From NCBI GenBank assembly GCA_963707915.1, contig OY970178.1:554098-618097 (forward strand): 64,000 nt of DNA, written 5' to 3'. The notes beneath the pieces were generated by a model. It worked only from the letters and a program-made list of their open reading frames with translations, searched no databases and was not told where the DNA came from. Positions 1-10,331 of this stretch are shown one piece after another. Source of the stretch: Candidatus Eiseniibacteriota bacterium. GTDB taxonomy: Bacteria; Eisenbacteria; RBG-16-71-46. Within the stretch, counting starts at the first letter, position 1, and each line of letters starts with the position of its first letter. A program made the translations under genes and the position numbers.

Positions 1-390
<390 letters not shown>

Positions 391-715
391 TGTTTCCTTC
401 CGGAGAGCCGCCGCGCGCACGGGACCGCCCAGGCGGATCCTGCCGCGCCGGCGGTGCCGGACGGCCGGGACGCGGCATCACGCGCGCGACCGACGGCGCC
501 GGGCCGATACAGGTCCGAGGCCGGCGGTGGCGCGTCCTTGACCCTTTGGAAGCGAGGCTGACAGCGTGACCGAAGCGTCGTCCTCCGTCGCGCGCCGCGT
601 GCTCCCGTTCGTGGGCCTTCCTTGAGCCGCTCCGGCCCCCGCTGCGAAGTGGGTCCCGCACCCGCGACGGGACCCGGCCCGGGCCCTGGCGCTGGCCCGC
701 GACCTGGGCGCGCCG

Positions 716-2368
716 GTGGCCGTCGCGCACGCCCTGGTGAACCGTGGCGTGCTGGACGCGGAATCGGCCCGGCGCTTCCTCGATCCCGGCATCGAGGACC
801 TCCACGACCCGTTCCTGCTGCGTGACCTGGACGTGGCGGTGGCGCGGATCGAGCGGGCGCTGGCGGACGGCGAGCGCATCTTCGTGCACGGCGACTACGA
901 CGTGGACGGGATCACCTCGACCTTCCTGCTCTCCTCGGTACTGCGACAGCTCGGCGCGCGGGTGGAGGTGCGGATCCCGCACCGCACCCGCGACGGCTAC
1001 GGGCTGTCGGTGGAGGCCATGAACGACGCGCACCGCCGCGGCTGCGGGCTGGCCATCACCGTGGACTGCGGCGTCACCGCGGTCGACGCCGTGGCGCGCG
1101 GGCGCGAGCTGGGGCTCGACACGATCATCACCGACCACCACGAGCCGCCCGCGGTCCTGCCCGCGGCGCTGGCGATCGTGAACCCCCGGCGCGCCGGCTG
1201 CGCCTACCCGTTCAAGGCGCTCGCCGGCGTCGGCGTGACCTTCAAGCTGGCCGAGGCGCTGCTGCGCGGGCGCGGCGGCTTCGAGCTGGCGCGCCGGTTC
1301 CTCGACGTGGTGGCGCTGGGGACGATCGCGGACGTGGTCCCGCTGGAGGGGGAGAACCGCGTGCTGGCGCGACTCGGGCTCGAGAGCCTGAACCGCGCTC
1401 CGCGCGTGGGGCTCAAGGCGCTGATGGAGGTTTCGGGCCTGGCCGGCCGCCCGGTGACCAGCCGCCAGGTGGCGTTCGTGCTCGCGCCGCGCATCAATGC
1501 CGGCAGCCGCATGGGCAACGCCGAGCAGGGCCTGCGGCTGCTGGAGGCCCGGGAGCCGACCGAGGCCCGCGACCTGGCCCAGAGCCTCGACGACGACAAC
1601 CAGCAGCGGCGCCGCCACGACGAGGAGGCGCTCGCGGAGGCGGCCCAGCGCGTCGAGCACGAGCTGGGGAAGGACTGCGCGTCGATCCTGCTCTGGTCGG
1701 AACACTGGCACGCGGGGGTGATCGGCATCGTGGCCTCGCGCCTGGTGGACCGCTTCCACCGACCGGCGGTGCTGGTGCGGCTCGACGGCGAGCGAGGGCG
1801 GGGCTCGGGCCGCAGCGTTCCGGGGCTCGACCTGAACGCCGTGCTGGCCGAGTGCAGCGACCTGCTCGAGGCGTACGGTGGTCACGCGTTCGCGGCCGGC
1901 CTGACGGTGCACCGCTCGCGCCTGCCCGAGCTGCGCGAGCGGCTCGAGCGGCTGGTGGGCGAGCGGCTCCCGGCGGGCGCGCGCGCGCCGCTGCCCGAGA
2001 TCGACGCCGAGGTGACGCTGGCCGACTGCGACCTCGGCCTGGTGGGCTGGCTCGAGCGCATGTCCCCGCACGGTCTCGGGAACCAGGAGCCGCTGTTCCA
2101 GGTCACCGACCTGACCGTGGACTCGGTCAGCACCATGGGGCCCCGTGACGAACGGGGGCAGGGGCTGCACCTGCGGCTGCAGGTGCACGACGCGACCGGC
2201 GGAGCGGAGGCGGTCGGCTTCGGCCTGGGCGCGCGCGCGCGCGAGGTGCGGGGCGCGGCCCGCTGCGCGCTGGCGATCTGGCCGATGCGCAACGAGTGGC
2301 GGGGGGAGACCCGCGTGCAGCTCAAGGTGAAGGAGATGGACGTCGTCGAGCGGGCGGGCCGCCCGTGA
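716..2368 (+). CDS. recJ: ssDNA-specific exonuclease RecJ (true start probably ~622-650, see findings)
   Basis: GDYDVDG, VDCG, TDHH (DHH), GTIADVVPL, GRGSGRS, GGHAFAAG (DHHA1) motifs. Confidence 0.95.
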   Translation: MAVAHALVNRGVLDAESARRFLDPGIEDLHDPFLLRDLDVAVARIERALADGERIFVHGDYDVDGITSTFLLSSVLRQLGARVEVRIPHRTRDGYGLSVEAMNDAHRRGCGLAITVDCGVTAVDAVARGRELGLDTIITDHHEPPAVLPAALAIVNPRRAGCAYPFKALAGVGVTFKLAEALLRGRGGFELARRFLDVVALGTIADVVPLEGENRVLARLGLESLNRAPRVGLKALMEVSGLAGRPVTSRQVAFVLAPRINAGSRMGNAEQGLRLLEAREPTEARDLAQSLDDDNQQRRRHDEEALAEAAQRVEHELGKDCASILLWSEHWHAGVIGIVASRLVDRFHRPAVLVRLDGERGRGSGRSVPGLDLNAVLAECSDLLEAYGGHAFAAGLTVHRSRLPELRERLERLVGERLPAGARAPLPEIDAEVTLADCDLGLVGWLERMSPHGLGNQEPLFQVTDLTVDSVSTMGPRDERGQGLHLRLQVHDATGGAEAVGFGLGARAREVRGAARCALAIWPMRNEWRGETRVQLKVKEMDVVERAGRP

Positions 2369-4575
2369 GCTCGGCCGGGCAGGCCCCGGAGGCGGCGGAG
2401 CTCCGCGCATCGCTGCTGGCCGTCCTCGACGAGAAGGTGCCGCGGGTGGACCGCGACCGCGTCGCCGCCTGCTTCGACTTCGCCGCGCAGGCGCACGGCG
2501 CGCAGCGCCGCGCCTCGGGACAGCCCTACATCTCGCACCCGGTGGCGGTCTGCCGCATCCTCATCGACCTGCTCGAATCGCGGCTCGACACGACCCTGGC
2601 CTGCGCGGCGCTGCTTCACGACGTCGCGGAGGACACCGCGACGCCGCTCGCGGAGGTCGAGAAGCGCTTCGGCCGCGAGGTCCGGGGCCTGGTCGAGGGC
2701 GTGACCAAGCTGGCCGGGCTGCACGTCGACAGCCGCGAGGCGCAGCAGGCCGAGAACTTCCGCAAGATGCTGCTCTCGATGTCGCGCGACCTGCGCGTCA
2801 TCTTCATCAAGCTCGCGGACCGCCTGCACAACATCCGCACCCTGGAGTTCCTGCCGCGCGAGCGGGCCGAGCGGATCGCCATCGAGACGCGCGACATCTA
2901 CGCGCCGCTCGCCCACCGCCTGGGGATGGCCGGCATCAAGCGCGAGCTCGAGGACCTGAGCCTGAAGGTGCTCGACCCGCCGGCCTACCAGGAGCTGGCC
3001 CAGCGCATCCAGGCACGCCGGCAGGAGCGCGAGCGCTTCCTGTCGGGCGTGCGCGAGCGCCTCGAGGAGGGTCTCAAGGCGGTCGGCATCCGGGCCGAGG
3101 TCAGCGGCCGCCCCAAGCACTTCTACTCGATCTACGCCAAGCTCCGCGGGGGGCACGACTTCAAGAACATCTACGACCTGTTCGGTCTGCGCATCATCAC
3201 GCACACCCGCGGCGACTGCTACCGCGCGCTGGGCGTGGTGCACGACCTGTTCGAGCCGGTGCCGGAGCGCTTCAAGGACTACATCGCCACCCCCAAGAGC
3301 AACATGTACCAGTCGTTGCACACCACCGTGCTCGCCACCGGCCAGGAGATGGTGGAGGTGCAGATCCGCACGCGCGAGATGCACCGCACCGCGGAGACCG
3401 GGATCGCCGCCCACTACGTGTACAAGCAGGGCGGCAAGGTGGACGAGGAGCTGGACGCGAAGCTCGGCGGGTTCATGGCGCAGACCGCGGACTGGCAGCG
3501 CGCCGCGAACGACGACGAGTACATGGACTTCCTGCGCACCGCCCTCTACCAGGAGGAGGTGTTCGCCTACACCCCGCGGCGCGAGCTCAAGCGCCTCCCC
3601 AAGGGGGCGACGGCGCTGGACTTCGCCTTCATGATCCACACGGCGGTGGGCCAGCACACGGTCGGCGCGCGCGTCAACGGCGAGCTCGTGCCCCTGCGGC
3701 ACGCGCTGCAGAACGGCGACACGGTCGAGATCATCACCTCCCCGCAGGCCCAGCCGCACGAGGACTGGCTGCACATCCTCCAGCTGCCGGGCGCGCGCAG
3801 CCAGGTGCGGCACTGGCTGCGGCAGCGGCGCCGCACCGACAGCGTGGCGCTGGGGCGCGAGATGCTGGAGCGCGAGCTCAAGCGCCTGCGCAGCCGGCCC
3901 ACGGAGGTGCCGCTCGAGGAGGTCGCGCGGGCCTTCGGCTGCGCGGACCTCGAGACGCTCTACGCGCGCGTGGCCGAGGGGCAGGTCTCGCTGACCCAGG
4001 TGACGCAGAAGCTCCTGCCGCCGAAGGAGGGGCTGGCGGAGCGCCTCACGAAGGGGCCGCTCGAGGCGCTGGGCCTCGGACGGCGGCCGACCGGCGGCAT
4101 CCGCATCCAGGGCGTGGAGAACGTCATGGTGACCTACGCGCGCTGCTGCCAGCCGGTGCCGGGCGATCGCGTGGTGGGCATCGTCACGGTCGGGCGCGGC
4201 GTCTCGGTGCACCGGCAGGACTGCCCGAACACCTTCGGCGACCGCGTGCCGCGCGAGCGCCGGGTCTCGGTCGACTGGGACGTGAGCCTCGACCACAAGT
4301 TCCCGGTGCGGCTGCTGGTGTACGGCCACGACCGGAATTCCCTGCTGGCCGACATCGCCCGGGCCATCTCGCAGACCTCGGTCAACATCCGCAGCGCCGG
4401 CGTGGCGAGCGAGGACCGCCGGGCGCGCGGGGTGTTCGTGATCGAGGTGCCGCACCTGGCGAAGCTGCAGGACGTCATCCACACCATCCGGCAGGTGAGC
4501 GGCGTGACCCGGGTCGAGCGGCGCCAGCGGCTGCTCCGCGCCGACCGGCCGCCGGGCGGCGGAGACCGGCGGTGA
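2365..4575 (+). CDS. rel: Bifunctional (p)ppGpp synthetase/hydrolase (long RSH)
   Basis: HD hydrolase (R-x-SG-x-PY, LLHDVAED), synthetase RFKDYIATPK..YQSLHT..EVQIRT, TGS (DFAFMIHT), CC-x-PVPGD, C-terminal ACT; GTG overlaps the recJ stop. Confidence 0.96.
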   Translation: MSSAGQAPEAAELRASLLAVLDEKVPRVDRDRVAACFDFAAQAHGAQRRASGQPYISHPVAVCRILIDLLESRLDTTLACAALLHDVAEDTATPLAEVEKRFGREVRGLVEGVTKLAGLHVDSREAQQAENFRKMLLSMSRDLRVIFIKLADRLHNIRTLEFLPRERAERIAIETRDIYAPLAHRLGMAGIKRELEDLSLKVLDPPAYQELAQRIQARRQERERFLSGVRERLEEGLKAVGIRAEVSGRPKHFYSIYAKLRGGHDFKNIYDLFGLRIITHTRGDCYRALGVVHDLFEPVPERFKDYIATPKSNMYQSLHTTVLATGQEMVEVQIRTREMHRTAETGIAAHYVYKQGGKVDEELDAKLGGFMAQTADWQRAANDDEYMDFLRTALYQEEVFAYTPRRELKRLPKGATALDFAFMIHTAVGQHTVGARVNGELVPLRHALQNGDTVEIITSPQAQPHEDWLHILQLPGARSQVRHWLRQRRRTDSVALGREMLERELKRLRSRPTEVPLEEVARAFGCADLETLYARVAEGQVSLTQVTQKLLPPKEGLAERLTKGPLEALGLGRRPTGGIRIQGVENVMVTYARCCQPVPGDRVVGIVTVGRGVSVHRQDCPNTFGDRVPRERRVSVDWDVSLDHKFPVRLLVYGHDRNSLLADIARAISQTSVNIRSAGVASEDRRARGVFVIEVPHLAKLQDVIHTIRQVSGVTRVERRQRLLRADRPPGGGDRR

Positions 4576-5042
4576 GGGCGCTGGTGCAGCGGGTGACGCG
4601 CGCGCGCGTCAGCGTGGCGGGACAGGTCACCGGCGAGATCGGCCCGGGCCTGCTGGTGCTGCTCGGGGCGGGCCACGCCGACGGCGAGGGGCAGGCGGCG
4701 TGGCTGGCGCGGAAGCTCGCCGGGCTGCGGGTCTTCGCGGACCCGGAGGGCCTCATGAACCTGGACCTGCGCCAGGCCGGCGGGGCCGCGCTGGTCGTGC
4801 CGCAGTTCACGCTGTACGGCGACACCCGGCGCGGCCGGCGCCCGGATTTCACCGCGGCCGCGCCCCCCGCGCAGGCGGAGCCCCTGTTCGAGCGGTTCTG
4901 CGCGCTGCTGGCCGCCGAGGGCGTGCCGGTCCGGCGCGGCGTCTTCGGGGCGCACATGGCGGTCGAGCTGCTCAACGACGGGCCGGTGACGCTGCTGGTC
5001 GAGACGCCGCCCGCGGGCACGGCGGGGGCGGAGGGGGGATGA
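4572..5042 (+). CDS. dtd: D-aminoacyl-tRNA deacylase
   Basis: MRALVQRV, PQFTL, FGAHM.V.L.NDGPVT; usual position after rel. Confidence 0.97.
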   Translation: MRALVQRVTRARVSVAGQVTGEIGPGLLVLLGAGHADGEGQAAWLARKLAGLRVFADPEGLMNLDLRQAGGAALVVPQFTLYGDTRRGRRPDFTAAAPPAQAEPLFERFCALLAAEGVPVRRGVFGAHMAVELLNDGPVTLLVETPPAGTAGAEGG

Positions 5043-5641
5043 GCGCGCCGCGCCGCGACCCGGGTGGGCTGTTCTACGCGGGCAGCGCGCCCGTCGTGCT
5101 GGCGTCGGCCTCGCCGCGCCGCGTCGCGCTGCTGCGCCAGGTCGGCCTGGCCTTCACGGTGGCGGACCCGGGGCCCGACCGCGACTGGCCCGGGCGGGCC
5201 GAGCCGCGCCACGGGGTGCGCGCCCTGGCGCTCGAGAAGGCGCGGCGGGTGGCGGCGCGGCGCCCCGGGGCGCTGGTCATCGGTGCCGACACGCTGGTGG
5301 TGGCGCGCGGGGTGCGGCTCGGCAAGCCCGCCAGCGAGGCCGAGGCCCTCGAGATGCTGCGGCGGCTCCAGGGCCGCACGCACGAGGTCTGGACCGGCCT
5401 CGCCGTCGTGAGCGGCGGCGAGCAGCGCACCGCCGCCGAGGTCACGAAGGTGCAGTTCGCGCGGCTCGACGACGACGAATTGCGCGCCTACGCCCGCAGC
5501 GGCGAGCCGCTGGACAAGGCGGGGGCCTACGGCATCCAGGGGCTGGCCGCGCAGCTCGTCCGCCGGATCGACGGGGACTACAGCAACGTGGTCGGGTTGC
5601 CGCTGGCCCGGTTGCGGCAGGTGCTGAAGGAGTTCGCGTAG
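5039..5641 (+). CDS. maf: Maf-family nucleotide pyrophosphatase
   Basis: LASASPRR, GADTLV, GKP, DKAGAYGIQG, NVVGLP. Confidence 0.95.
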   Translation: MSAPRRDPGGLFYAGSAPVVLASASPRRVALLRQVGLAFTVADPGPDRDWPGRAEPRHGVRALALEKARRVAARRPGALVIGADTLVVARGVRLGKPASEAEALEMLRRLQGRTHEVWTGLAVVSGGEQRTAAEVTKVQFARLDDDELRAYARSGEPLDKAGAYGIQGLAAQLVRRIDGDYSNVVGLPLARLRQVLKEFA

Positions 5642-5715
5642 GGGTGGCGCGGCCGCCGGGCGCGCGGGGCCGGCGTGCCCCGGAAGGCGGCCGGGAGGGG
5701 CGGGAGCGCCCCGGC

Positions 5716-5745
5716 TTGACACCCGTTTCCGCAGACTGCTAGTCT
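5716..5745 (+). promoter_or_regulatory. sigma70-type promoter for rplM operon
   Basis: TTGACA-18 nt-TAGTCT with a TG extended -10. Confidence 0.7.
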
Positions 5746-5848
5746 CCGACGCTTCTTGTGGATACGGGGGAGTCCCTGTAACCGGTGGCTGCGGCTCGCC
5801 GTGGCCCCGCCGAGGCTCGCCCGACGGGATCGTGTAGCGGAGGATGGC

Positions 5849-6280
5849 ATGAAGACTTATTCCGCCCGGCCGACCGACGTCCAGCGGCAGTGGCTGGTCG
5901 TGGATGCCGAGGGCAGGACGCTGGGGCGGCTCGCGACTCAGGTTTCGATGGTGCTGCGAGGCAAGCACAAGGCGATCTACACGCCCCACATCGACACCGG
6001 CGACCACGTCGTCGTGATCAACGCGAGCAAGGTGGTCCTCACCGGTCGCAAGCCCGAGGACAAGCGGTACTTCCACCACTCGATGTACCCGGGCGGCGCC
6101 TCGTGGACCTCGATCCGCGAGCTCATGGCCAAGCATCCCGAACGGGTCGTGATGAAGGCGGTGCACGGCATGATGCCCAAGACGAAGCTGGGCCGGGCCA
6201 TGGAGAAGAAGCTCAAGGTGTACGCGGGGGCGGAGCACCCGCACGTGGCGCAGCAGCCGGTTCTCTGGAACCCCGAGTAG
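5849..6280 (+). CDS. rplM: 50S ribosomal protein L13
   Basis: W.VVDA....LGRLA...[22 protein letters not shown]; GGAGG RBS. Confidence 0.98.
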   Translation: MKTYSARPTDVQRQWLVVDAEGRTLGRLATQVSMVLRGKHKAIYTPHIDTGDHVVVINASKVVLTGRKPEDKRYFHHSMYPGGASWTSIRELMAKHPERVVMKAVHGMMPKTKLGRAMEKKLKVYAGAEHPHVAQQPVLWNPE

Positions 6281-6293
6281 GACGAGGAGAGGC

Positions 6294-6692
6294 ATGGCGA
6301 CCGAGATCACGAACAAGCCCCTGACGGGGCGGCGCAAGCAGGCGGTGGCCCGCGCGTTGTTGACGCCCGGCAATGGCAAGCACCTGGTGAACGACCGCAC
6401 CCCGCTCGAGTACCTGACGCGGGAGACGCTGGTCCAGACGGCCTTCCACGCGCTGGTCGTGGCGGGCGCCGAGGGCAAGTTCAACGTCGTGGCGCGGGTG
6501 CACGGCGGCGGGCTCACGGGCCAGGCCGGCGCCATCCGTCTCGCCGTGGCGCGGGCGCTGGTGCGCCAGGACGAGGCCCTGCGTGCCGTGCTCGGCCGCG
6601 CCGGGCTGCTGACGCGCGATCCGCGCATGAAGGAACGCAAGAAGTACGGACAGCCGGGGGCGCGCAAGCGCTTCCAGTTCAGCAAGCGCTAG
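6294..6692 (+). CDS. rpsI: 30S ribosomal protein S9
   Basis: TGRRK.AVAR, GGG.TGQAGAIR, ERKKYG..GARKRFQFSKR. Confidence 0.98.
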   Translation: MATEITNKPLTGRRKQAVARALLTPGNGKHLVNDRTPLEYLTRETLVQTAFHALVVAGAEGKFNVVARVHGGGLTGQAGAIRLAVARALVRQDEALRAVLGRAGLLTRDPRMKERKKYGQPGARKRFQFSKR

Positions 6693-6699
6693 TCCGGGA

Positions 6700-6790
6700 A
6701 ACCAAACCACACGCCCTGCCGGAGCGCCGGGGTCCCCGAGGGGGGCCGCGCTCGTGGACGACGGACGGGGCGGAGGGCAGAACCCCGAGG
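6700..6790 (+). promoter_or_regulatory. rpsB (S2) leader RNA, putative autoregulatory element
   Basis: CACACGCCC...GGGGCGGAGGGCAGAACCCC resembles the S2 leader pattern (CACAC...GGAGG...AACCCC) just upstream of rpsB. Confidence 0.55.
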
Positions 6791-6793
6791 AGG

Positions 6794-7564
6794 ATGGTCG
6801 TGGCGGACATCGTGATGAAGGAACTGCTCGAAGCCGGTGTGCACTTCGGGCATCAGACGCGGCGGTGGAATCCGCAGATGAAGAAGTTCATCTTCATGGA
6901 GCGGAACGGCATCTACATCATCGACCTCCAGAAGACGCTGAAGTGCGCGCAGGAGGCGAAGGCCGTGATCGAGAAGGTGGTGCGCGGCGGGGGGCACGTG
7001 CTCTTCATCGCGACCAAGAAGCAGGCCAAGCCCATCGTGGTCGAAGAGGCCACGCGCTGCGGCCAGTACCACGTGACCGAGCGCTGGCTGGGCGGCATGC
7101 TCACGAACTTCAAGACCATCCGGACGAGCATCAAGCGGTTGCACGATCTCGACCGCATGGCGACCGACGGGACGTTCGAGAAGATGAGCAAGAAGGAGGT
7201 CTCGCGCCTGTCGCGCGAGCGCGCCCGCCTGGAGTTCGCCTTCTCGGGCATCAAGGAGATGCCGGGCGTGCCGTCGCTGGTCTTCGTGATCGACACCAAG
7301 AAGGAGAAGATCGCGATCGCCGAGGCGAACCGCCTCGCGGTCCCGATCGTGGGCGTGGTCGACACCAATTGCGACCCGACCGTGGTGAACTACCCGATCC
7401 CGGGGAACGACGACGCGATCCGCTCCATCCGCCTGTTCACGCGCATGGTCGCGGACACCATCCTCGAGACGCGCGCCGTCGCCCTGGAGGGCGCCGACCA
7501 GGAGACCGTCTCGTTCGGCGGCGAAGAGGCCGAGGGCGAGGTCCAGACCGCGAGCCCTCGGTAA
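6794..7564 (+). CDS. rpsB: 30S ribosomal protein S2
   Basis: LLEAGVHFGHQTRRWNP, RWLGGMLTN, DTNCDP, PGNDDA. Confidence 0.98.
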   Translation: MVVADIVMKELLEAGVHFGHQTRRWNPQMKKFIFMERNGIYIIDLQKTLKCAQEAKAVIEKVVRGGGHVLFIATKKQAKPIVVEEATRCGQYHVTERWLGGMLTNFKTIRTSIKRLHDLDRMATDGTFEKMSKKEVSRLSRERARLEFAFSGIKEMPGVPSLVFVIDTKKEKIAIAEANRLAVPIVGVVDTNCDPTVVNYPIPGNDDAIRSIRLFTRMVADTILETRAVALEGADQETVSFGGEEAEGEVQTASPR

Positions 7565-7637
7565 CCGGGGACCGGGTTCGATGGACGCCCGTCCGTGAGT
7601 TCGTCGCGGGCGGGCGTCGTGACGACAGGGGAGTGAG

Positions 7638-8234
7638 ATGACGATCACCGCCGAACAGGTGAAACAACTCCGGGACCGCACCGCGGCCGGGATGATGGAG
7701 TGCAAGAAGGCGCTGAACGAGGCCGGCGGCGACCTGGAGAAGGCCGTCGACCTGCTGCGCAAGGCCGGCAACGCGCGGATGGAGGGGCGGGTCGGGCGCG
7801 CCGCGAACGAGGGCCTGGTGGAGGCGTACATCCACCCGGGAAACCGCACGGGCGTGCTCATCGAGGTGAACTGCGAGACCGACTTCGTCGCGCGCACCCC
7901 CGAGTTCGCGGAGCTCGTGCGCAACCTCGCCATGCAGGTGGCGGCCCTGGGCGCGGAGTTCGTGAAGCGCGAGGACGTGCCGGCGGAGCGGGTGGAGCGC
8001 GAGCGGGCCATCTACGCGGGCCAGGTCGAGGGGCAGGGCAAGCCGGCGGCCATCGTCGAGAAGATCGTGGAAGGCAAGCTCGAGCGGTTCTATGCCGAGG
8101 TGTGCCTGCTCGACCAGCCGTACATTCGCGACGACAAGATGAAGGCCGGCGACCTGGTGCGGGACGCCGCCCGCAAGACGGGCGAGAACGTCTCCGTGCG
8201 TCGCTTCACGCGGTTCCGGCTCGGACAGGACTGA
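7638..8234 (+). CDS. tsf: Elongation factor Ts (short, 198 aa form)
   Basis: [35 protein letters not shown]. Confidence 0.97.
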   Translation: MTITAEQVKQLRDRTAAGMMECKKALNEAGGDLEKAVDLLRKAGNARMEGRVGRAANEGLVEAYIHPGNRTGVLIEVNCETDFVARTPEFAELVRNLAMQVAALGAEFVKREDVPAERVERERAIYAGQVEGQGKPAAIVEKIVEGKLERFYAEVCLLDQPYIRDDKMKAGDLVRDAARKTGENVSVRRFTRFRLGQD

Positions 8235-8238
8235 CCCG

Positions 8239-8952
8239 GTGGCCGGCCGCTGGCAGCGAGTGCTGCTGAAACTCTCGGGCGAGCTGCTCGCCGGGGGGGC
8301 CGGTCACGGCATCGACGAGTCGGTGCTGGACTCGCTGGCCGACGAGATCCGGGACGTGCGCGGGCACGGCGTCGAGGTCGGGATCGTGACCGGCGGCGGG
8401 AACATCTTCCGGGGCCTCGCGGCGAGCACGCGCGGGATGGACCGGGTCGGCGCCGACACCATGGGGATGCTGGCCACGGTCATCAACGGGCTGGCGCTGC
8501 AGCACGCCCTCGAGAAGCGCGGTGTCCACACCCGCGTGATGTCGGCGATCGAGATGGACCGCGTGTGCGAGCCCTACATCCGGCGGCGCGCGGTGCGCCA
8601 CCTCGAGAAGGGGCGCGTGGTCGTGCTGGTCGCGGGGACCGGCAACCCGTACTTCACCACCGACACCGCCGCGGCCCTGCGGGCCGTCGAGATCGGTGCC
8701 GAGGTGGTGCTCAAGGCCACCAAGGTGGATGGTATCTTCAGCAGCGATCCGGTCACCCACCCGGACGCGGTGTTCTATCCCGGCATCACCTATCAGGAGA
8801 TCCTCGATCGCGGTCTCGCGATCATGGATCTGACGGCGATCACCCTGCTCAAGGAGAACCGCCTGCCGCTGGTGGTCTTCAACGTGGGTCAGCGGGGGAA
8901 CCTGCTGAAGCTGGTGCAGGGGGAGGCGCTGGGGACCTCGGTCACGGAGTGA
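8239..8952 (+). CDS. pyrH: UMP kinase
   Basis: [39 protein letters not shown]. Confidence 0.98.
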   Translation: MAGRWQRVLLKLSGELLAGGAGHGIDESVLDSLADEIRDVRGHGVEVGIVTGGGNIFRGLAASTRGMDRVGADTMGMLATVINGLALQHALEKRGVHTRVMSAIEMDRVCEPYIRRRAVRHLEKGRVVVLVAGTGNPYFTTDTAAALRAVEIGAEVVLKATKVDGIFSSDPVTHPDAVFYPGITYQEILDRGLAIMDLTAITLLKENRLPLVVFNVGQRGNLLKLVQGEALGTSVTE

Positions 8953-8957
8953 CGGCC

Positions 8958-9515
8958 ATGACGCACAAGATGCTGGTCGAAGCCGAAGATCGGATGAAGA
9001 AGGCGGTCGAGGGGGTGCGCCGGGAGCTGACCGGCATCCGCTCGGGCAAGGCGAGCCCGGCGCTGCTCGACAGCGTGCGCGTGGAGGCGTACGGGCAGGT
9101 CGTGCCCCTGATCCAGGTGGGGCAGGTGTCCGCGCCCGAGCCGCGGCTGCTCATGGTGCAGCCCTACGACCGCAGCCTGGTGAAGGTGGTGGCCCGGGCG
9201 ATCCTGCAGTCGGACCTGGGCCTCAACCCGACCGACGACGGGTCGGTCGTGCGCGTGCCGATCCCGACCCTGACGGAGGAGCGGCGCCGGGACCTGGTGA
9301 AGCTGGTGTCGAAGTTCGCCGAGGAAGGCCGCGTGCACATCCGGCAGATCCGTCACGACGTCATCCACGACCTCAAGAAGCAGGGCAAGGAAGGCACGCT
9401 CCCCGAGGACGAGGAGCGCCGGCTCGAGACCGAGACGCAGAAGCTGACCGACCGGTACATCGTGGTCGTGGACGAGCTGCTGAAGAAGAAGACGGCCGAG
9501 GTCATGGAGGTCTAG
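8958..9515 (+). CDS. frr: Ribosome recycling factor
   Basis: IRSGKASP.LLD, SDLGLNP, IP.LTEERR.DLVK. Confidence 0.97.
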   Translation: MTHKMLVEAEDRMKKAVEGVRRELTGIRSGKASPALLDSVRVEAYGQVVPLIQVGQVSAPEPRLLMVQPYDRSLVKVVARAILQSDLGLNPTDDGSVVRVPIPTLTEERRRDLVKLVSKFAEEGRVHIRQIRHDVIHDLKKQGKEGTLPEDEERRLETETQKLTDRYIVVVDELLKKKTAEVMEV

Positions 9516-9586
9516 CGCGCGCGGTCGCAGGACCGCCCACGCTGGCGCCCCCGCGCCGGGAGCCGTGCCGGGCCCCGGGAGGATCG

Positions 9587-10330
9587 GTGCCCACGCGCAT
9601 CCCGACGATCGAGGAACTGAAGGCCCGCGGCAACCTGCCGCGCCACGTCGCCATCATCATGGATGGCAACGGGCGCTGGGCGAAGGCCCGCGGCGCGCCC
9701 CGGCTGTTCGGACACCGCGCCGCGCGGGAGTCGGTGCGCGAAGCGGTGCGCGGTTGCGCCGCGCTGGGGGTCGAGGTCCTCACCCTCTACACGTTCTCGA
9801 CCGAGAACTGGGACCGGCCGGCGCGCGAGGTCGCGGCGCTGATGGCCCTGCTGCGTGCGAGCCTGCGCCACGAGCGGGCCGAGCTCAAGGCCAACAACGT
9901 GCGCCTGCAGGTCATCGGGCGCATCGCCGACCTCCCCGCGCCGGTGCGGCGCGCCATCGCGGAGACCCAGGAGCACCTGGCCGGCTCCACCGGGATGCTG
10001 TTGAACCTGGCCCTGTCCTACGGCGGCCGGGTCGAGCTGGTGGATGCCGTCCGCCGCATCCTGGGAGAGGGCGCGGAGCGGCGCCTGTCGCCCAAGGACG
10101 TGGACGAGGAACTGGTGGCGAGCTTCCTCTACACCGCCGGGCTGCCCGACCCGGACCTGCTCATCCGCACCAGCGGGGAGATGCGCATCTCCAACTTCAT
10201 GCTCTGGCAGCTCGCCTACACCGAATTCTGGGTGACGGACACGCTGTGGCCCGACTTCCGGCGCCGGCACCTCTTCCAGGCGGTCGCGGAATACCAGCGC
10301 CGGGAACGGCGCTTCGGCCGGGTGGACTGA
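9587..10330 (+). CDS. uppS: Undecaprenyl diphosphate synthase
   Basis: HVAIIMDGNGRWA, FSTENW.RP, PDLLIRTSGEMRISNF.LWQ. Confidence 0.97.
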   Translation: MPTRIPTIEELKARGNLPRHVAIIMDGNGRWAKARGAPRLFGHRAARESVREAVRGCAALGVEVLTLYTFSTENWDRPAREVAALMALLRASLRHERAELKANNVRLQVIGRIADLPAPVRRAIAETQEHLAGSTGMLLNLALSYGGRVELVDAVRRILGEGAERRLSPKDVDEELVASFLYTAGLPDPDLLIRTSGEMRISNFMLWQLAYTEFWVTDTLWPDFRRRHLFQAVAEYQRRERRFGRVD

Positions 10331-10331
10331 C

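Noticed and set aside
623-625. Selenocysteine recoding of the in-frame TGA upstream of recJ
   Set aside because: The position is not a Cys-equivalent catalytic site, RecJ is not a known selenoprotein, and I recognised no SECIS.
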